A DNA stretch of 64,000 nucleotides from Patescibacteria group bacterium (GCA_022868165.1 JALHYA010000002.1:1478-65477), one strand, 5' to 3'; positions 1 through 8,602 are shown, counted from the first letter of the stretch. The notes: generated by a model not told the origin, from the sequence alone. Program-made: numbers and translations.

Positions 1-670
1 TTATTGAACTATTCTCCGAACATGAGCCTACGCTAACATTGCCAAAACCTAAACTTGGCGGAGATACAGTTAGCCCAATAGTCGCTGCCGGCTCTGTAAT
101 CGTTGTGGTAAGCGGTACACCTGTTCCGGCTAAATCGGTATCGGTATAGTTGATTAAGTCCGTTTCAAATAAGAATCGTGTCGGCTGATATGAAGTAACT
201 GCCGGCTCAGCATAATCGCTTGACGGCACTAGCCAGATTTTCGCTCCATAAGCATGTGCATAATTATCTGGCGGTACATTATGAGGTACTACCATGTTTG
301 AATCTGGCGGTGTGGGTAGGCTCATGTTGAGGTCAGGCGTTCCTGATATCGTAAGCCCACCGCTACCATCCGATAAACCCGTACCTATCAGTTTGCCAGG
401 ATTATTCCCAGGCCACGGATTAGCGTAGTAGATTAGACTGTAATTCGTTGTCGCTTCCAACCCGGTAGCCGAAAAGGTAAAGGCAAAGGTATTACCAGAC
501 TCAAAATAATCTAGTGTGCCTTGGATAGTACCTATGATAGCCCATGTGCTTGGGTCTTTATTGACCAAATCCAAAGAACTATCGTAGGTAGTCGCTAGAG
601 TCGGCTGCACAAATGCCAAACCCATAAAAACAAGTGCCAAGCAAACCAAAATTCCAATGTACTTTTTCAA
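1..670 (-). CDS. Secreted protein, partial. N-terminus at ~670 and C-terminus beyond window start. Signal peptide MKKYIGILVCLALVFMGLAFVQPTLA, Thr/Pro-rich
   Basis: Hand translation of minus strand; open frame runs off position 1. GGAGGT SD at 678-683 on minus, 7 nt before a TTG start. An internal ATG is an alternative start. Confidence 0.4.
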   Translation of the reverse strand, partial: MKKYIGILVCLALVFMGLAFVQPTLATTYDSSLDLVNKDPSTWAIIGTIQGTLDYFESGNTFAFTFSATGLEATTNYSLIYYANPWPGNNPGKLIGTGLSDGSGGLTISGTPDLNMSLPTPPDSNMVVPHNVPPDNYAHAYGAKIWLVPSSDYAEPAVTSYQPTRFLFETDLINYTDTDLAGTGVPLTTTITEPAATIGLTVSPPSLGFGNVSVGSCSENSSI

Positions 671-739
671 TTCGATACCTCCTAATTTTGTATTTACATA
701 ATAGCATATAAGACTAATCATTGTCAATAGCTGGTTTCA

Positions 740-1009
740 TTATGAATCATATCCCAGTTTACAAGGAAATTGAAACATACGCTTGCAAGTACCACAATGC
801 CCTATGCCTTCGCAAATAATCTGTGTTTCCGCCAATACCGTCTCGGCATCTGTGTTATGGTATTTTAACGGCCTGATGCCAGTCGAGGCTATCAATCGCC
901 TAATCGTTGTATAGGATGTTCTCTCTGTAATCATAATCTCTCTTATGCCGTAGCCCTTTTTCAGTAGGGCTACAATGCGTCTCTCTTTGGCTGAACTAAA
1001 GACTGGCAT
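740..1009 (-). CDS. Small HTH DNA-binding protein (GYGIREIM..ERTSYTTIRRL helix-turn-helix) with C-terminal Cys/His cluster
   Basis: ORF track 89 aa. HTH resembles resolvase or sigma region-4 type. Confidence 0.5.
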   Translation of the reverse strand: MPVFSSAKERRIVALLKKGYGIREIMITERTSYTTIRRLIASTGIRPLKYHNTDAETVLAETQIICEGIGHCGTCKRMFQFPCKLGYDS

Positions 1010-1021
1010 CTAAATTATCTC

Positions 1022-1396
1022 TTATGGAGATATCTCGCCCATAGTATAACCCGCCGGATAGCCATACTGTGTATTCGATTCGGTTTCAAGATAGAATGCA
1101 CCGCATATCTTTGCGACGGCTTTCGGCACTCCATAAAGCTCTGCCAATCTCGGCCTAGCCGAAGGCGAAGCCAATCGCCACCTGCCGGCTTGTGTGGCAT
1201 TAAGGAACGGCGGTACGGGATTCTTTGCTACTATCAACGCTATTCTGGCATCTTCAGTCCATTGTACACCTGTGTCACCCCATTTAAGAAATCCCACCTT
1301 GACATACTTTGGCTCAGGCCAAGCGAGAACAGAATTCGGAAAAAGAACTAGACTAAAGATAATAATTACCGCTATTAGGTATTTCATTTCTACCAC
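1022..1396 (-). CDS. Secreted hypothetical protein (N-terminal signal peptide)
   Basis: ORF track 124 aa. Hydrophobic N-terminus followed by AWPEP. Confidence 0.5.
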   Translation of the reverse strand: MVEMKYLIAVIIIFSLVLFPNSVLAWPEPKYVKVGFLKWGDTGVQWTEDARIALIVAKNPVPPFLNATQAGRWRLASPSARPRLAELYGVPKAVAKICGAFYLETESNTQYGYPAGYTMGEISP

Positions 1397-1905
1397 TCCA
1401 CCTTGAAATCTTTTGGATTGCCTAACATTATTATGCAGGTGTCACCAACACCTTCTCTTATCTTGTAGTATTCGACCAGCGTGTATCCTTCGCTTACTTC
1501 AATAAGCGTATCATATCCTGAGCTTGCATCAACAAATACCAATTCTCCTTCTGTTACTTGGAAAGCATTGAAGGCATGACTCTGTTCGGAGCTTACTACT
1601 ACAGCACACCGGATACCAGCATTCTCGGCATTGTTGTGTAGGTCTACGCTAAAATTGAGACATTCATAACCGCTAGTTACAAATTCGTGTATTTTTTCAT
1701 TTCCTTTGCTATTGTGCGTGTAAGCTACTATCGGGTGATAATTCGTTGGGTCGCTTTGCAGGAATTTAACAAGCTCTTCTGAACTGACATCTTTGGCTTG
1801 ACTATTGTTGATGAGACTCAAACCGTAGAAATCCTTTGTTGTGGCACAGCCGGATAAGGCTAGAAGTACCATCAATAAGCCAAAACCTGCTAATTTCAGC
1901 CTCAT
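1390..1905 (-). CDS. Putative lipoprotein (lipobox LLALSGC)
   Basis: ORF track 171 aa. Signal peptide with an L-S-G-C lipobox. Confidence 0.55.
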   Translation of the reverse strand: MRLKLAGFGLLMVLLALSGCATTKDFYGLSLINNSQAKDVSSEELVKFLQSDPTNYHPIVAYTHNSKGNEKIHEFVTSGYECLNFSVDLHNNAENAGIRCAVVVSSEQSHAFNAFQVTEGELVFVDASSGYDTLIEVSEGYTLVEYYKIREGVGDTCIIMLGNPKDFKVEW

Positions 1906-2012
1906 TGTTCTAATATAGCATACCTGCTAACCCTTGTCAAGTACCCTAATCATTAACATCTTATGCAACATATTGACAAAACTAATTATTGTGTGTTATA
2001 CTAGATTTCGTT

Positions 2013-2168
2013 ATGAGTAATCGTGTAAAGATACCCCATAAGCTTTATTGTAGGCGTTGTGGCCACAGGTGGGTGCCACGCAAACAGATACAAGGTGTAT
2101 GTCCTAAATGCCATAGCCCTCATTGGAATAGGCGTAAACCTATAATTGAGAGTATCAATAATGAATAA
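2013..2168 (+). CDS. Small CxxC..CxxC zinc-ribbon protein (51 aa; CRRCGHRW..CPKCHSPHW)
   Basis: Hand-translated. Below the ORF-track size cut-off. Stop overlaps the start of the next gene. Paralogous to the small ORF at 59036-59188. Confidence 0.4.
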   Translation: MSNRVKIPHKLYCRRCGHRWVPRKQIQGVCPKCHSPHWNRRKPIIESINNE

Positions 2169-2661
2169 GACTGAGCAATTGGCTTATGATTGGCTTATAG
2201 GGCAAGGATATACTGGTATTAAGTATCAATATAATAAAACTCCTGATTTCTCTACAAAGCAGGGTGTAAATTTTGAAGTTAAGAAACCCACCCACAATGA
2301 CTATATAGTCTTTTGGGTTGCTCAACATCAAACATTAACTCAATTAAACAATTGTACCATCCTTATATTCGATGGCCTGCCTACCCCACTTGCTATCATT
2401 CCATTCTCCGATATACAAGAAGATAAACTGATATTAAATAGGTACAAGGTGTTAATACACCGGCAGACGCCAATAAGAATAAAGCGGAGTAATGGTCTTG
2501 TTTACACAACTGTGGCGAAAGCAGCTAAAATGTGTCTAGTGTCAGAACGAACTATTTATAGATTTTTTGACGAAGGATTACCCAAGTACCAACACAAAAA
2601 GTTTAGCAGGGTACTTATTAAACCTAAAGAGTTGCACGCTTTCTTGGGAAAGCAACGATAA
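2161..2661 (+). CDS. Protein with C-terminal excisionase-family HTH (HTH_17-like: AAKMCLVSERTIYRFFDEGLPKYQ)
   Basis: ORF track 2146-2661. The ATG at 2161 (MNKTEQ) is preferred over the upstream TTG. Confidence 0.6.
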   Translation: MNKTEQLAYDWLIGQGYTGIKYQYNKTPDFSTKQGVNFEVKKPTHNDYIVFWVAQHQTLTQLNNCTILIFDGLPTPLAIIPFSDIQEDKLILNRYKVLIHRQTPIRIKRSNGLVYTTVAKAAKMCLVSERTIYRFFDEGLPKYQHKKFSRVLIKPKELHAFLGKQR

Positions 2662-2776
2662 TGAAACGCTTTACTAAAGACCATTGGAAATCACTAGGAA
2701 TACTGGTAGCAATATGGTCTTTTATATTCGGACTTATAGCGTTTATAGTATACTTTATTAAGATAAGAGGACATTT

Positions 2777-3775
2777 ATGGTAAACCGTGAACAGATAGTC
2801 AACCGTGCCAAAGAACTCATAGCCCAAAACCCACTATGGGGTAAATACCGGCTCAATAGGCAACTAAGGTCTGAATTTGGCAAAGGTCTACGCTATACCG
2901 AAACACTAAAACTTAAACGCCAAGCCGTAATCCCCGAAACAGCTCGTGAAGTCCAGCAGACGCTTAACAGGCGGCAATCTTTAACTAAAGAACAATTCCT
3001 ACAAGAAGAGGCTATCTACTATGCCCAATTCCCAATCAGCACATCCGGTATGCTTCAACTGCGCCGATTCCGGAAGACTGAGATAAAAAGGGCTAGACGA
3101 GCCGGAATAACCCCAAAGCGAATATTGCCCTATATCTACGAATCCTACAAGGCTAGAGGCTTCATACAACGAGGCAGGCTTGATGTAAACAGCTGGACAC
3201 GGCAAGTTATAGCCCAATTAGAAAAGAAGCCGCGCCAGCGTCATTCAGTGGCGATTCCGCCCGATAACTACGTCACCTACCTGAAAGCACGGAAAACTAT
3301 ACCAGCTCAAGATGCGATAGACCTAGCCGACAAGATACCGGCAAAATACTGGACTGAACGGTCAAGGGATTACGCCATATTACAGCAACATCATTTTAGC
3401 CATTGGGAAATAATGCAGATAATCACGGCTCAGACACCAAAAGACAAAACTGGCAATCAAACGCTTCAAGAGCTAGACCTCACGAATCCTTACTGGGTTT
3501 TGCATATGGCAGACCGTGTTAAATGGTATAACGATACGGTACATGTTTTCATGCAACGTGGCATGACACGAGGACAGGCTCATAGTGCAACGATGCGTGA
3601 GCTCCGCATCTATTATGATAAAGACAGGAAACGAAAACCGTGGGATTGGTTAAAGGATTTCTCGCCGACAAAGGATAAAGGTGCTGGGAAGCAAATAGAC
3701 TTTATTGACTCGGCTAGGAAACGCCAGGAACGGATAGATAAAAAGAAGATGCCATATAGGGCTAGTAGGAGGTAA
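2777..3775 (+). CDS. Highly basic 332-aa hypothetical protein. Candidate replication-associated or terminal-protein-like protein.
   Basis: ORF track. Lys/Arg-rich with no recognisable catalytic motifs. Sits just upstream of the polB-like/HNH module. Confidence 0.55.
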   Translation: MVNREQIVNRAKELIAQNPLWGKYRLNRQLRSEFGKGLRYTETLKLKRQAVIPETAREVQQTLNRRQSLTKEQFLQEEAIYYAQFPISTSGMLQLRRFRKTEIKRARRAGITPKRILPYIYESYKARGFIQRGRLDVNSWTRQVIAQLEKKPRQRHSVAIPPDNYVTYLKARKTIPAQDAIDLADKIPAKYWTERSRDYAILQQHHFSHWEIMQIITAQTPKDKTGNQTLQELDLTNPYWVLHMADRVKWYNDTVHVFMQRGMTRGQAHSATMRELRIYYDKDRKRKPWDWLKDFSPTKDKGAGKQIDFIDSARKRQERIDKKKMPYRASRR

Positions 3776-3776
3776 T

Positions 3777-3947
3777 ATGACACATATAGGTAAGACACAG
3801 CACTTCTGGACATTTGCTGGACATGATAGCAAGGGTGATTATGAACACTGTGATAGATGCGACAAATTTAGACAAAATGGCAAAGTAGTCAGCAAGTCTA
3901 CCTATCTTAAAAGGCTTAGAGAGGGTAAGATTAAAAGATTAGTATAA
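3777..3947 (+). CDS. Small hypothetical protein (56 aa; HCDRCDKF Cys/His cluster)
   Basis: Hand-translated. GGAGGT SD at 3766-3771, ATG at 3777, TAA at 3945-3947. Confidence 0.5.
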   Translation: MTHIGKTQHFWTFAGHDSKGDYEHCDRCDKFRQNGKVVSKSTYLKRLREGKIKRLV

Positions 3948-3963
3948 TATTGGCTAGATTTTC

Positions 3964-4587
3964 ATGCAATCCAATAACGGCATCCTCGGTCTTCATGCTA
4001 TCAGACAAGGTGACAAAGTAACCATAGCCACCTCAGACGGCGAAACTATAGACAAGCCACCTTACCTTACAGAACTGGTATCACGCTATGGAAAATACCT
4101 TTGTATAGTTTACGACTTGGATTTGTTCGCAGCGTGTCTTTTAAAGGCTATTGGAATCACAAAGGAACAGGGGCAAATTCTTCACAAGACCGAACATCTT
4201 AGTATCCCGCCCTGGTCTATTACCTATTTCACTTCACGGTTTCTGAGCGTTGACTATGCCGGTGGCAGAATGCATCCCTACATAAACTTTGCAAATATGT
4301 CTCAATCTGGATATGGCGAAGCTCGATATGATAATCTGAAACCCACGATACCCGATGCCATAAAGAAAGCAAAATTAGCTAAAGAAGTAGGCGAAGATGT
4401 ACGGCATATTTTAGCATCACTAGGTCTTGACTACTCAAGTTTAATCAGTCCGGTAACACCCTTCCTAAGAAAGTTTACCCTGAAGTGGCCTACGCAGTCT
4501 GACATGGCGATAGAAGCAGGGCAGATGGCTACCGAAGCCGTGAAAGGCCACCGATTCGAGGCATATAAGATTGGAAAGTTCAAATGA
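3964..4587 (+). CDS. Hypothetical protein. Possible N-terminal half of a split family-B polymerase-like gene (weak DGE and YDLD exonuclease-like motifs).
   Basis: ORF track 207 aa. Stop overlaps the HNH gene start in an ATGA overlap. Confidence 0.55.
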   Translation: MQSNNGILGLHAIRQGDKVTIATSDGETIDKPPYLTELVSRYGKYLCIVYDLDLFAACLLKAIGITKEQGQILHKTEHLSIPPWSITYFTSRFLSVDYAGGRMHPYINFANMSQSGYGEARYDNLKPTIPDAIKKAKLAKEVGEDVRHILASLGLDYSSLISPVTPFLRKFTLKWPTQSDMAIEAGQMATEAVKGHRFEAYKIGKFK

Positions 4588-5483
4588 CAGAAACAATCTA
4601 TTGTGCATGTGGGTGTGGCAATCCAATAGTTTATAAGCCACATCATAAATATTATGGCTTCCCCAAATACCTGCGGGGACATCATCAGAGAGGTAAAACA
4701 GCAGCAACATGCCCATATATTGCAGCGATGGCTAAAAAACTATGTGGAAGAACAAAAGAAAATGACCCTAGTAGAGCAACACAAGCCAAAAAATTGCGTG
4801 GTAGGACAGCAGCGACACATCCAAGTATTGCGACAAGAGCTGAAAAACAGCGTGGAAAAACAAAAGAAAATGACCCAGGTCGTGCGGCACAGGCCAATAA
4901 AATACGTGGTAGAACAGCAACTACAAATCTAGGCATTGCAATAAGGGCAGAAAAGATACGTGGTAGAACAGCAAAAGACTACCCAGATATTGCTAGGTCG
5001 GCAGAAATAAGACGTGGACGGACAAAAGAAACTCACCCTAATCTTGCATCAAGGATACGGGGTAAAACAAAAGAAAATGATGTTAGTATCGCAGCACGTG
5101 CTGAAAAAATGCGTGGCCGAACAAAAGAAACACACCTATATATTGCTGAGGTGGCAAAAAGGCAGAGTGGAGCAGGAAATCCACGTTGGCTTGGTGGCAT
5201 ATCCTTTGAACCATACACATCTGCATTCAATGAAGACTTAAAAGAAACTATCCGACAAAGAGATGAATTTTGTTGTCAAAAGTGCGGAGTTCCACAGATA
5301 GAATGCATAACAAAACTAGCAGTTCACCATATAGATTATGACAAAGCTAATAGCATACCTAGTAATTTAATCTCACTTTGTATCGGATGTAATTCTCTAG
5401 TCAATTCAAACCGTGAATATTGGATAAATTATTTTCAATTCATACTAAAGGGAAGAGAACTATGGCTTTCGACTACGATATAA
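4584..5483 (+). CDS. HNH homing endonuclease with about 8 tandem NUMOD3-like DNA-binding repeats
   Basis: Repeating K.RGRTKE(N/T)(D/H)P....A.RAEK.RG unit. C-terminal HNH core CCQKCG...HHIDYDKANSIPSNLISLCIGCN. Confidence 0.75.
   Translation: MTETIYCACGCGNPIVYKPHHKYYGFPKYLRGHHQRGKTAATCPYIAAMAKKLCGRTKENDPSRATQAKKLRGRTAATHPSIATRAEKQRGKTKENDPGRAAQANKIRGRTATTNLGIAIRAEKIRGRTAKDYPDIARSAEIRRGRTKETHPNLASRIRGKTKENDVSIAARAEKMRGRTKETHLYIAEVAKRQSGAGNPRWLGGISFEPYTSAFNEDLKETIRQRDEFCCQKCGVPQIECITKLAVHHIDYDKANSIPSNLISLCIGCNSLVNSNREYWINYFQFILKGRELWLSTTI
4689..5154. repeat. Tandem 60-90 nt coding repeats (NUMOD3 units) inside the HNH gene
   Basis: Protein-level periodicity. These repeats generate the spurious overlapping ORFs on both strands. 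Confidence 0.7.
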
Positions 5484-6433
5484 ATGCGGCGTATTTATCA
5501 ATTTTGTCAACATTGCCTGATTTGCGTCGAGGTGAATGGGTACACATAAAAGAAAACGAGATACCGCCGGATGCCACGCTTGGCGTTGCTCGATGTATCA
5601 TAACTACCGATGCACCGTTTCACCCGTTCTCAATAGACATAGGCGAATCAAGTTATACGCCGATAGGTACTTTCCCAATAACGCTAACCCTTTATCATAT
5701 CCGTTTTTTCGATAAATGGAAGATGGGGAGCCTTGCTGTTAAAGAGGGTTGGTGGTGGATTCCTAAAGACGAGCAATACACAATTTATCGTGGGGCAATG
5801 TTATGGCTTTGGAAACAGCGTCAAGAGTCCACCGGCAGAAAACGCTTAATCGTGCAAAGATTGTATTCTGCGTTAGTCGGAAAACAGATAGAGGGATTAA
5901 CCACTGGACATTTTGGGGATATGTTCAACCCGTTCATACCGGCTCATGTCGAAGCTGCCAGCAACCTACAGGTAGCCGATGCCTGTCTGCAAAATAAGAT
6001 AATTCCTATAGCCTGTACCGGCGATGGTTTTGTTTCTGACAAAAAGGTAGACTTACCATTGAGTACCGAAATGGGTGGCTGGAAACTAAACCGGCAGGGC
6101 GAGTGCATCTGCATAGGCTCTAACGTAATCATGTTCAAAGACGGCAGCTCAGCCGATGACTACCAAGACCTGCTTAATCAAATAAACGCTAATCCAAAGC
6201 TCACCACGTATCAAAAGACCTGGTACTCGCCGGTGACGCTAGCCGTGGCTCTACAGGGCGATTGGGATAGCTTGGGCGAGATACGTCAATTAGACCGCAG
6301 TTTTGACATATCCGCCGAATCAAAGCGCATCTACCCGAAACGACCAACTACGGGTAGTGCCTTGATAAGCGGTAGGCACTATACCTCGCTTCCGTGGGCT
6401 TATGACCAGCTAATCCTACCCAAAAATCCATAA
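5462..6433 (+). CDS. Hypothetical protein with degenerate family-B DNA polymerase palm-like motifs. Motif A-like DINAAYLS, motif B-like LYSALVGK, KxY-like QKTWY. Catalytic motif C not conserved.
   Basis: ORF track 5420-6433. Start at internal M (MAFDYD), 22 nt overlap with the HNH gene. Motif spacing resembles phi29-type PolB. Confidence 0.5.
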   Translation: MAFDYDINAAYLSILSTLPDLRRGEWVHIKENEIPPDATLGVARCIITTDAPFHPFSIDIGESSYTPIGTFPITLTLYHIRFFDKWKMGSLAVKEGWWWIPKDEQYTIYRGAMLWLWKQRQESTGRKRLIVQRLYSALVGKQIEGLTTGHFGDMFNPFIPAHVEAASNLQVADACLQNKIIPIACTGDGFVSDKKVDLPLSTEMGGWKLNRQGECICIGSNVIMFKDGSSADDYQDLLNQINANPKLTTYQKTWYSPVTLAVALQGDWDSLGEIRQLDRSFDISAESKRIYPKRPTTGSALISGRHYTSLPWAYDQLILPKNP

Positions 6434-6460
6434 TTTTTCTCAAAAACAGCCTTTTCCCTA

Positions 6461-6874
6461 TTGACTTTCCTTGTAACACCTGTTACACTTCAGAAGCATC
6501 GACCCACTTCTGGACTGAAAAGGACTAAGGAAATGACAGAGGTAAATTACATAATAACTAAATACGAACTGGGTTGCATCAGGCGGGTTCAAGTACATTT
6601 GGAAAATAGACCTGCTGTAACCATAACCTATGAAAGTGAAGGCTTAACAGAACAACAATTAGTTCAAAGAGCTATTGCTTATTGGGAAGGCCATGATAAA
6701 CGAGAGGCGGCAGAAAAACAACTACGGGATAAATATGATAGGCAGGTTTACGCTGGTAATCTGCCATGTCATGATATTGAAACAAACCTAAACGGTTATT
6801 ACGCTTATGTCCTCAAGGATAGACGCTCTAAAGGTAAATATCAAATCCTCGAAGCTATCGAATTAGATAGGTAA
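6461..6874 (+). CDS. Hypothetical protein
   Basis: ORF track 137 aa. Possible alternative start at MTEVNY. Confidence 0.5.
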   Translation: MTFLVTPVTLQKHRPTSGLKRTKEMTEVNYIITKYELGCIRRVQVHLENRPAVTITYESEGLTEQQLVQRAIAYWEGHDKREAAEKQLRDKYDRQVYAGNLPCHDIETNLNGYYAYVLKDRRSKGKYQILEAIELDR

Positions 6875-6875
6875 A

Positions 6876-7187
6876 ATGGACATACAAGAGATAAGAACCA
6901 AACTCAATATGACGCAAGGTGAATTTGCCCAGTTTATTGGCGTATCACGAATGACCGTAAATCGCTGGGAAAACGGTAAAACCAAGCCATTGAAAATAAT
7001 CCAAGACCGGATAAATGAATTATTCACTAAAGATTTAATCGCCAAAGTGCGAAAAACCTATCCTAGAAGTGCCACGGAGGTAAGGCAAGACTATATTGAA
7101 AGGGCAAAACGACAAAAAACTAATTCGGACAAACCTAACAAGTTGGTATCCGGTAGTAACCCAAAGACTAAAAAGGATGGTGACTAA
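6876..7187 (+). CDS. XRE-family HTH transcriptional regulator (Cro/C1-type)
   Basis: LNMTQGEFAQFIGVSRMTVNRWENGK is a canonical HTH_3. Confidence 0.8.
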   Translation: MDIQEIRTKLNMTQGEFAQFIGVSRMTVNRWENGKTKPLKIIQDRINELFTKDLIAKVRKTYPRSATEVRQDYIERAKRQKTNSDKPNKLVSGSNPKTKKDGD

Positions 7188-7188
7188 A

Positions 7189-7560
7189 ATGAGAATCATT
7201 AAAGATATACTACGCAACCACCGCATATTCAATTCATGGGACATTGCCAGAACAGCAAAGAATAAATTGTTCATAAGCTATTCATCGGCAGAATTAGGCA
7301 GAGCATCTCGCCCTGCACATTGGCAAGTAGTTGGTATGGGTATAGTAACTGACAGGGATGCCCATTGGATGAATTATGGCAATAAAACATTTACTGTCTA
7401 CAACCGAGAAGAAAAGAACCCGAAATTACAAGAGGCAATTCAATGGGTCAAAACTACCTACAATATAGACATGGCCGACAAAGACCCGTTTGGTGCATAT
7501 CACCCCGCCGGCACTATAGCAAAACTACAAGAGCTAATTGCTAACAAAGGAGACAATTAA
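7189..7560 (+). CDS. Hypothetical protein
   Basis: ORF track 7096-7560. ATG at 7189 with AAGGATGGTGA SD preferred. Confidence 0.5.
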   Translation: MRIIKDILRNHRIFNSWDIARTAKNKLFISYSSAELGRASRPAHWQVVGMGIVTDRDAHWMNYGNKTFTVYNREEKNPKLQEAIQWVKTTYNIDMADKDPFGAYHPAGTIAKLQELIANKGDN

Positions 7561-7561
7561 A

Positions 7562-7780
7562 ATGACAGAGAGAATTTGCTCATGCTGTGGACAAGGCTAC
7601 ACCGACGAATCAGGACATGAACCTAATGCTTGTGTTCAAAGATGCCGTGAACGATTAGCTAGGTTACTGGATAATATTGAAGATACCCGAACTCGTCTAC
7701 ACAATGCACAGGATAGGCAACGATATTTTAATGACGAACAATATCATAAAATCTTACAAAGGGAAGGAGGACTAACATGA
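7562..7780 (+). CDS. Small Cys-rich protein (CSCCGQGY...CVQRC)
   Basis: ORF track 7538-7780. ATG at 7562 follows an AAGGAGA SD. Confidence 0.5.
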   Translation: MTERICSCCGQGYTDESGHEPNACVQRCRERLARLLDNIEDTRTRLHNAQDRQRYFNDEQYHKILQREGGLT

Positions 7781-7956
7781 AACAGCACAAACACAAGAGA
7801 GCCGAATACACAGAGGACAGTAAATCACGACATTCCAAGTATGCTCTCAAACACAAACAGGGGAGTGATATGAACCATAAGCGGCATACTGTACCGGTAA
7901 ACAACTGTTCACTATGCTATCCAGAATAAAGTCGGAAAAAATAAAGGGGGAATGAA

Positions 7957-8142
7957 ATGCTAATAACCCTACTACACTTTTCAAAGGAAGAGGGAAACTA
8001 TTGCAAAGAGTATATTGTCTTGGCAACCCATGATGTAATAGCCCAATCTAAGAACGATGCCAAAGAAGATGGCTATATACTAGCGAATAGCATCACATTT
8101 GATGGCGATGTATCGCTACCAATAAACAAGGTGTTGGATTAG
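7957..8142 (+). CDS. Small hypothetical protein (61 aa)
   Basis: ORF track. Preceded by the AAGTCGGAAA motif and a GGGGGA SD. Confidence 0.5.
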   Translation: MLITLLHFSKEEGNYCKEYIVLATHDVIAQSKNDAKEDGYILANSITFDGDVSLPINKVLD

Positions 8143-8185
8143 TCAAAGTCGAAATAGTTTATACTGATTGCAGGAGGTAAGGGAA

Positions 8186-8380
8186 ATGGCAAAAAGAGAA
8201 CTTAAATTTAACGAGTCCACCTTTAACGAAGAGTATATCTTAAACTTAATACGGCGAGAGATTGGGATGGGACGAATTGTGGAAGTTTTTAAGGGTTATG
8301 ATGCTTTCGGTAGATTTGATGGTAGCTATACAATAAATAGCTACTCCAATCCTGATTACATCAAAAGACAAAAGATATAG
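8186..8380 (+). CDS. Small hypothetical protein (64 aa)
   Basis: ORF track 8168-8380. ATG at 8186 after a GGAGGT SD. AAGTCGAAA motif upstream. Confidence 0.5.
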   Translation: MAKRELKFNESTFNEEYILNLIRREIGMGRIVEVFKGYDAFGRFDGSYTINSYSNPDYIKRQKI

Positions 8381-8413
8381 TTAAAGTCGAAAAAATAAGA
8401 GAGGAATTGAGAA

Positions 8414-8602
8414 ATGGCAAAGTATGATGTTGTTATCACTACAACCGACGGCAGGAGAATCACGGGAGAAACCACATACTCATTAAAACAGGCTGAGAAA
8501 CGATTGAAGTTTGAGCAACAAATTGGCGATGGTCGGATAGTTGACATTGTAAAGGACCTTCCGTACAAAGGTGGTTGTTACACCACGGAGGTCAAGTCAT
8601 GA
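8414..8602 (+). CDS. Small hypothetical protein (62 aa)
   Basis: ORF track. AAGTCGAAA motif upstream. Confidence 0.5.
   Translation: MAKYDVVITTTDGRRITGETTYSLKQAEKRLKFEQQIGDGRIVDIVKDLPYKGGCYTTEVKS

Larger units (their letters stand above)
7929..8413 (+). promoter_or_regulatory. Three copies of an AAGTCG(G/A)AAA motif, each 20-40 nt upstream of consecutive small genes
   Basis: Copies at ~7930, ~8148 and ~8386. Confidence 0.35.

Noticed and set aside
1015-1406. ORFs 1015-1200(-) and 1194-1406(+)
   Set aside because: They overlap the better-supported secreted-protein gene 1022-1396 in other frames. No SD and odd composition.
2777-3775. Tyrosine recombinase/integrase call for the 332-aa basic protein
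   Set aside because: Only a loose resemblance of AHSATMRELRIYYD to the C-terminal recombinase box. The HxxR and Arg-I (TGLR) motifs are not present. Left as hypothetical.
4654-5241. Overlapping ORFs 4654-4932(+), 4685-4936(-), 5014-5241(+), 5033-5230(-)
   Set aside because: They fall inside the HNH gene's tandem NUMOD3 coding repeats. The repetitive low-complexity sequence leaves several frames open, and no independent support exists.
5462-6433. Reverse transcriptase (DGR or retron-type) interpretation of the FDYDINAAYLSI motif
   Set aside because: RT motif A-like, but no QGxxxSP (motif B') at the expected ~60 aa spacing and no YxDD in a beta-hairpin context. The spacing of later motifs fits family-B polymerase better, and this too is weak.
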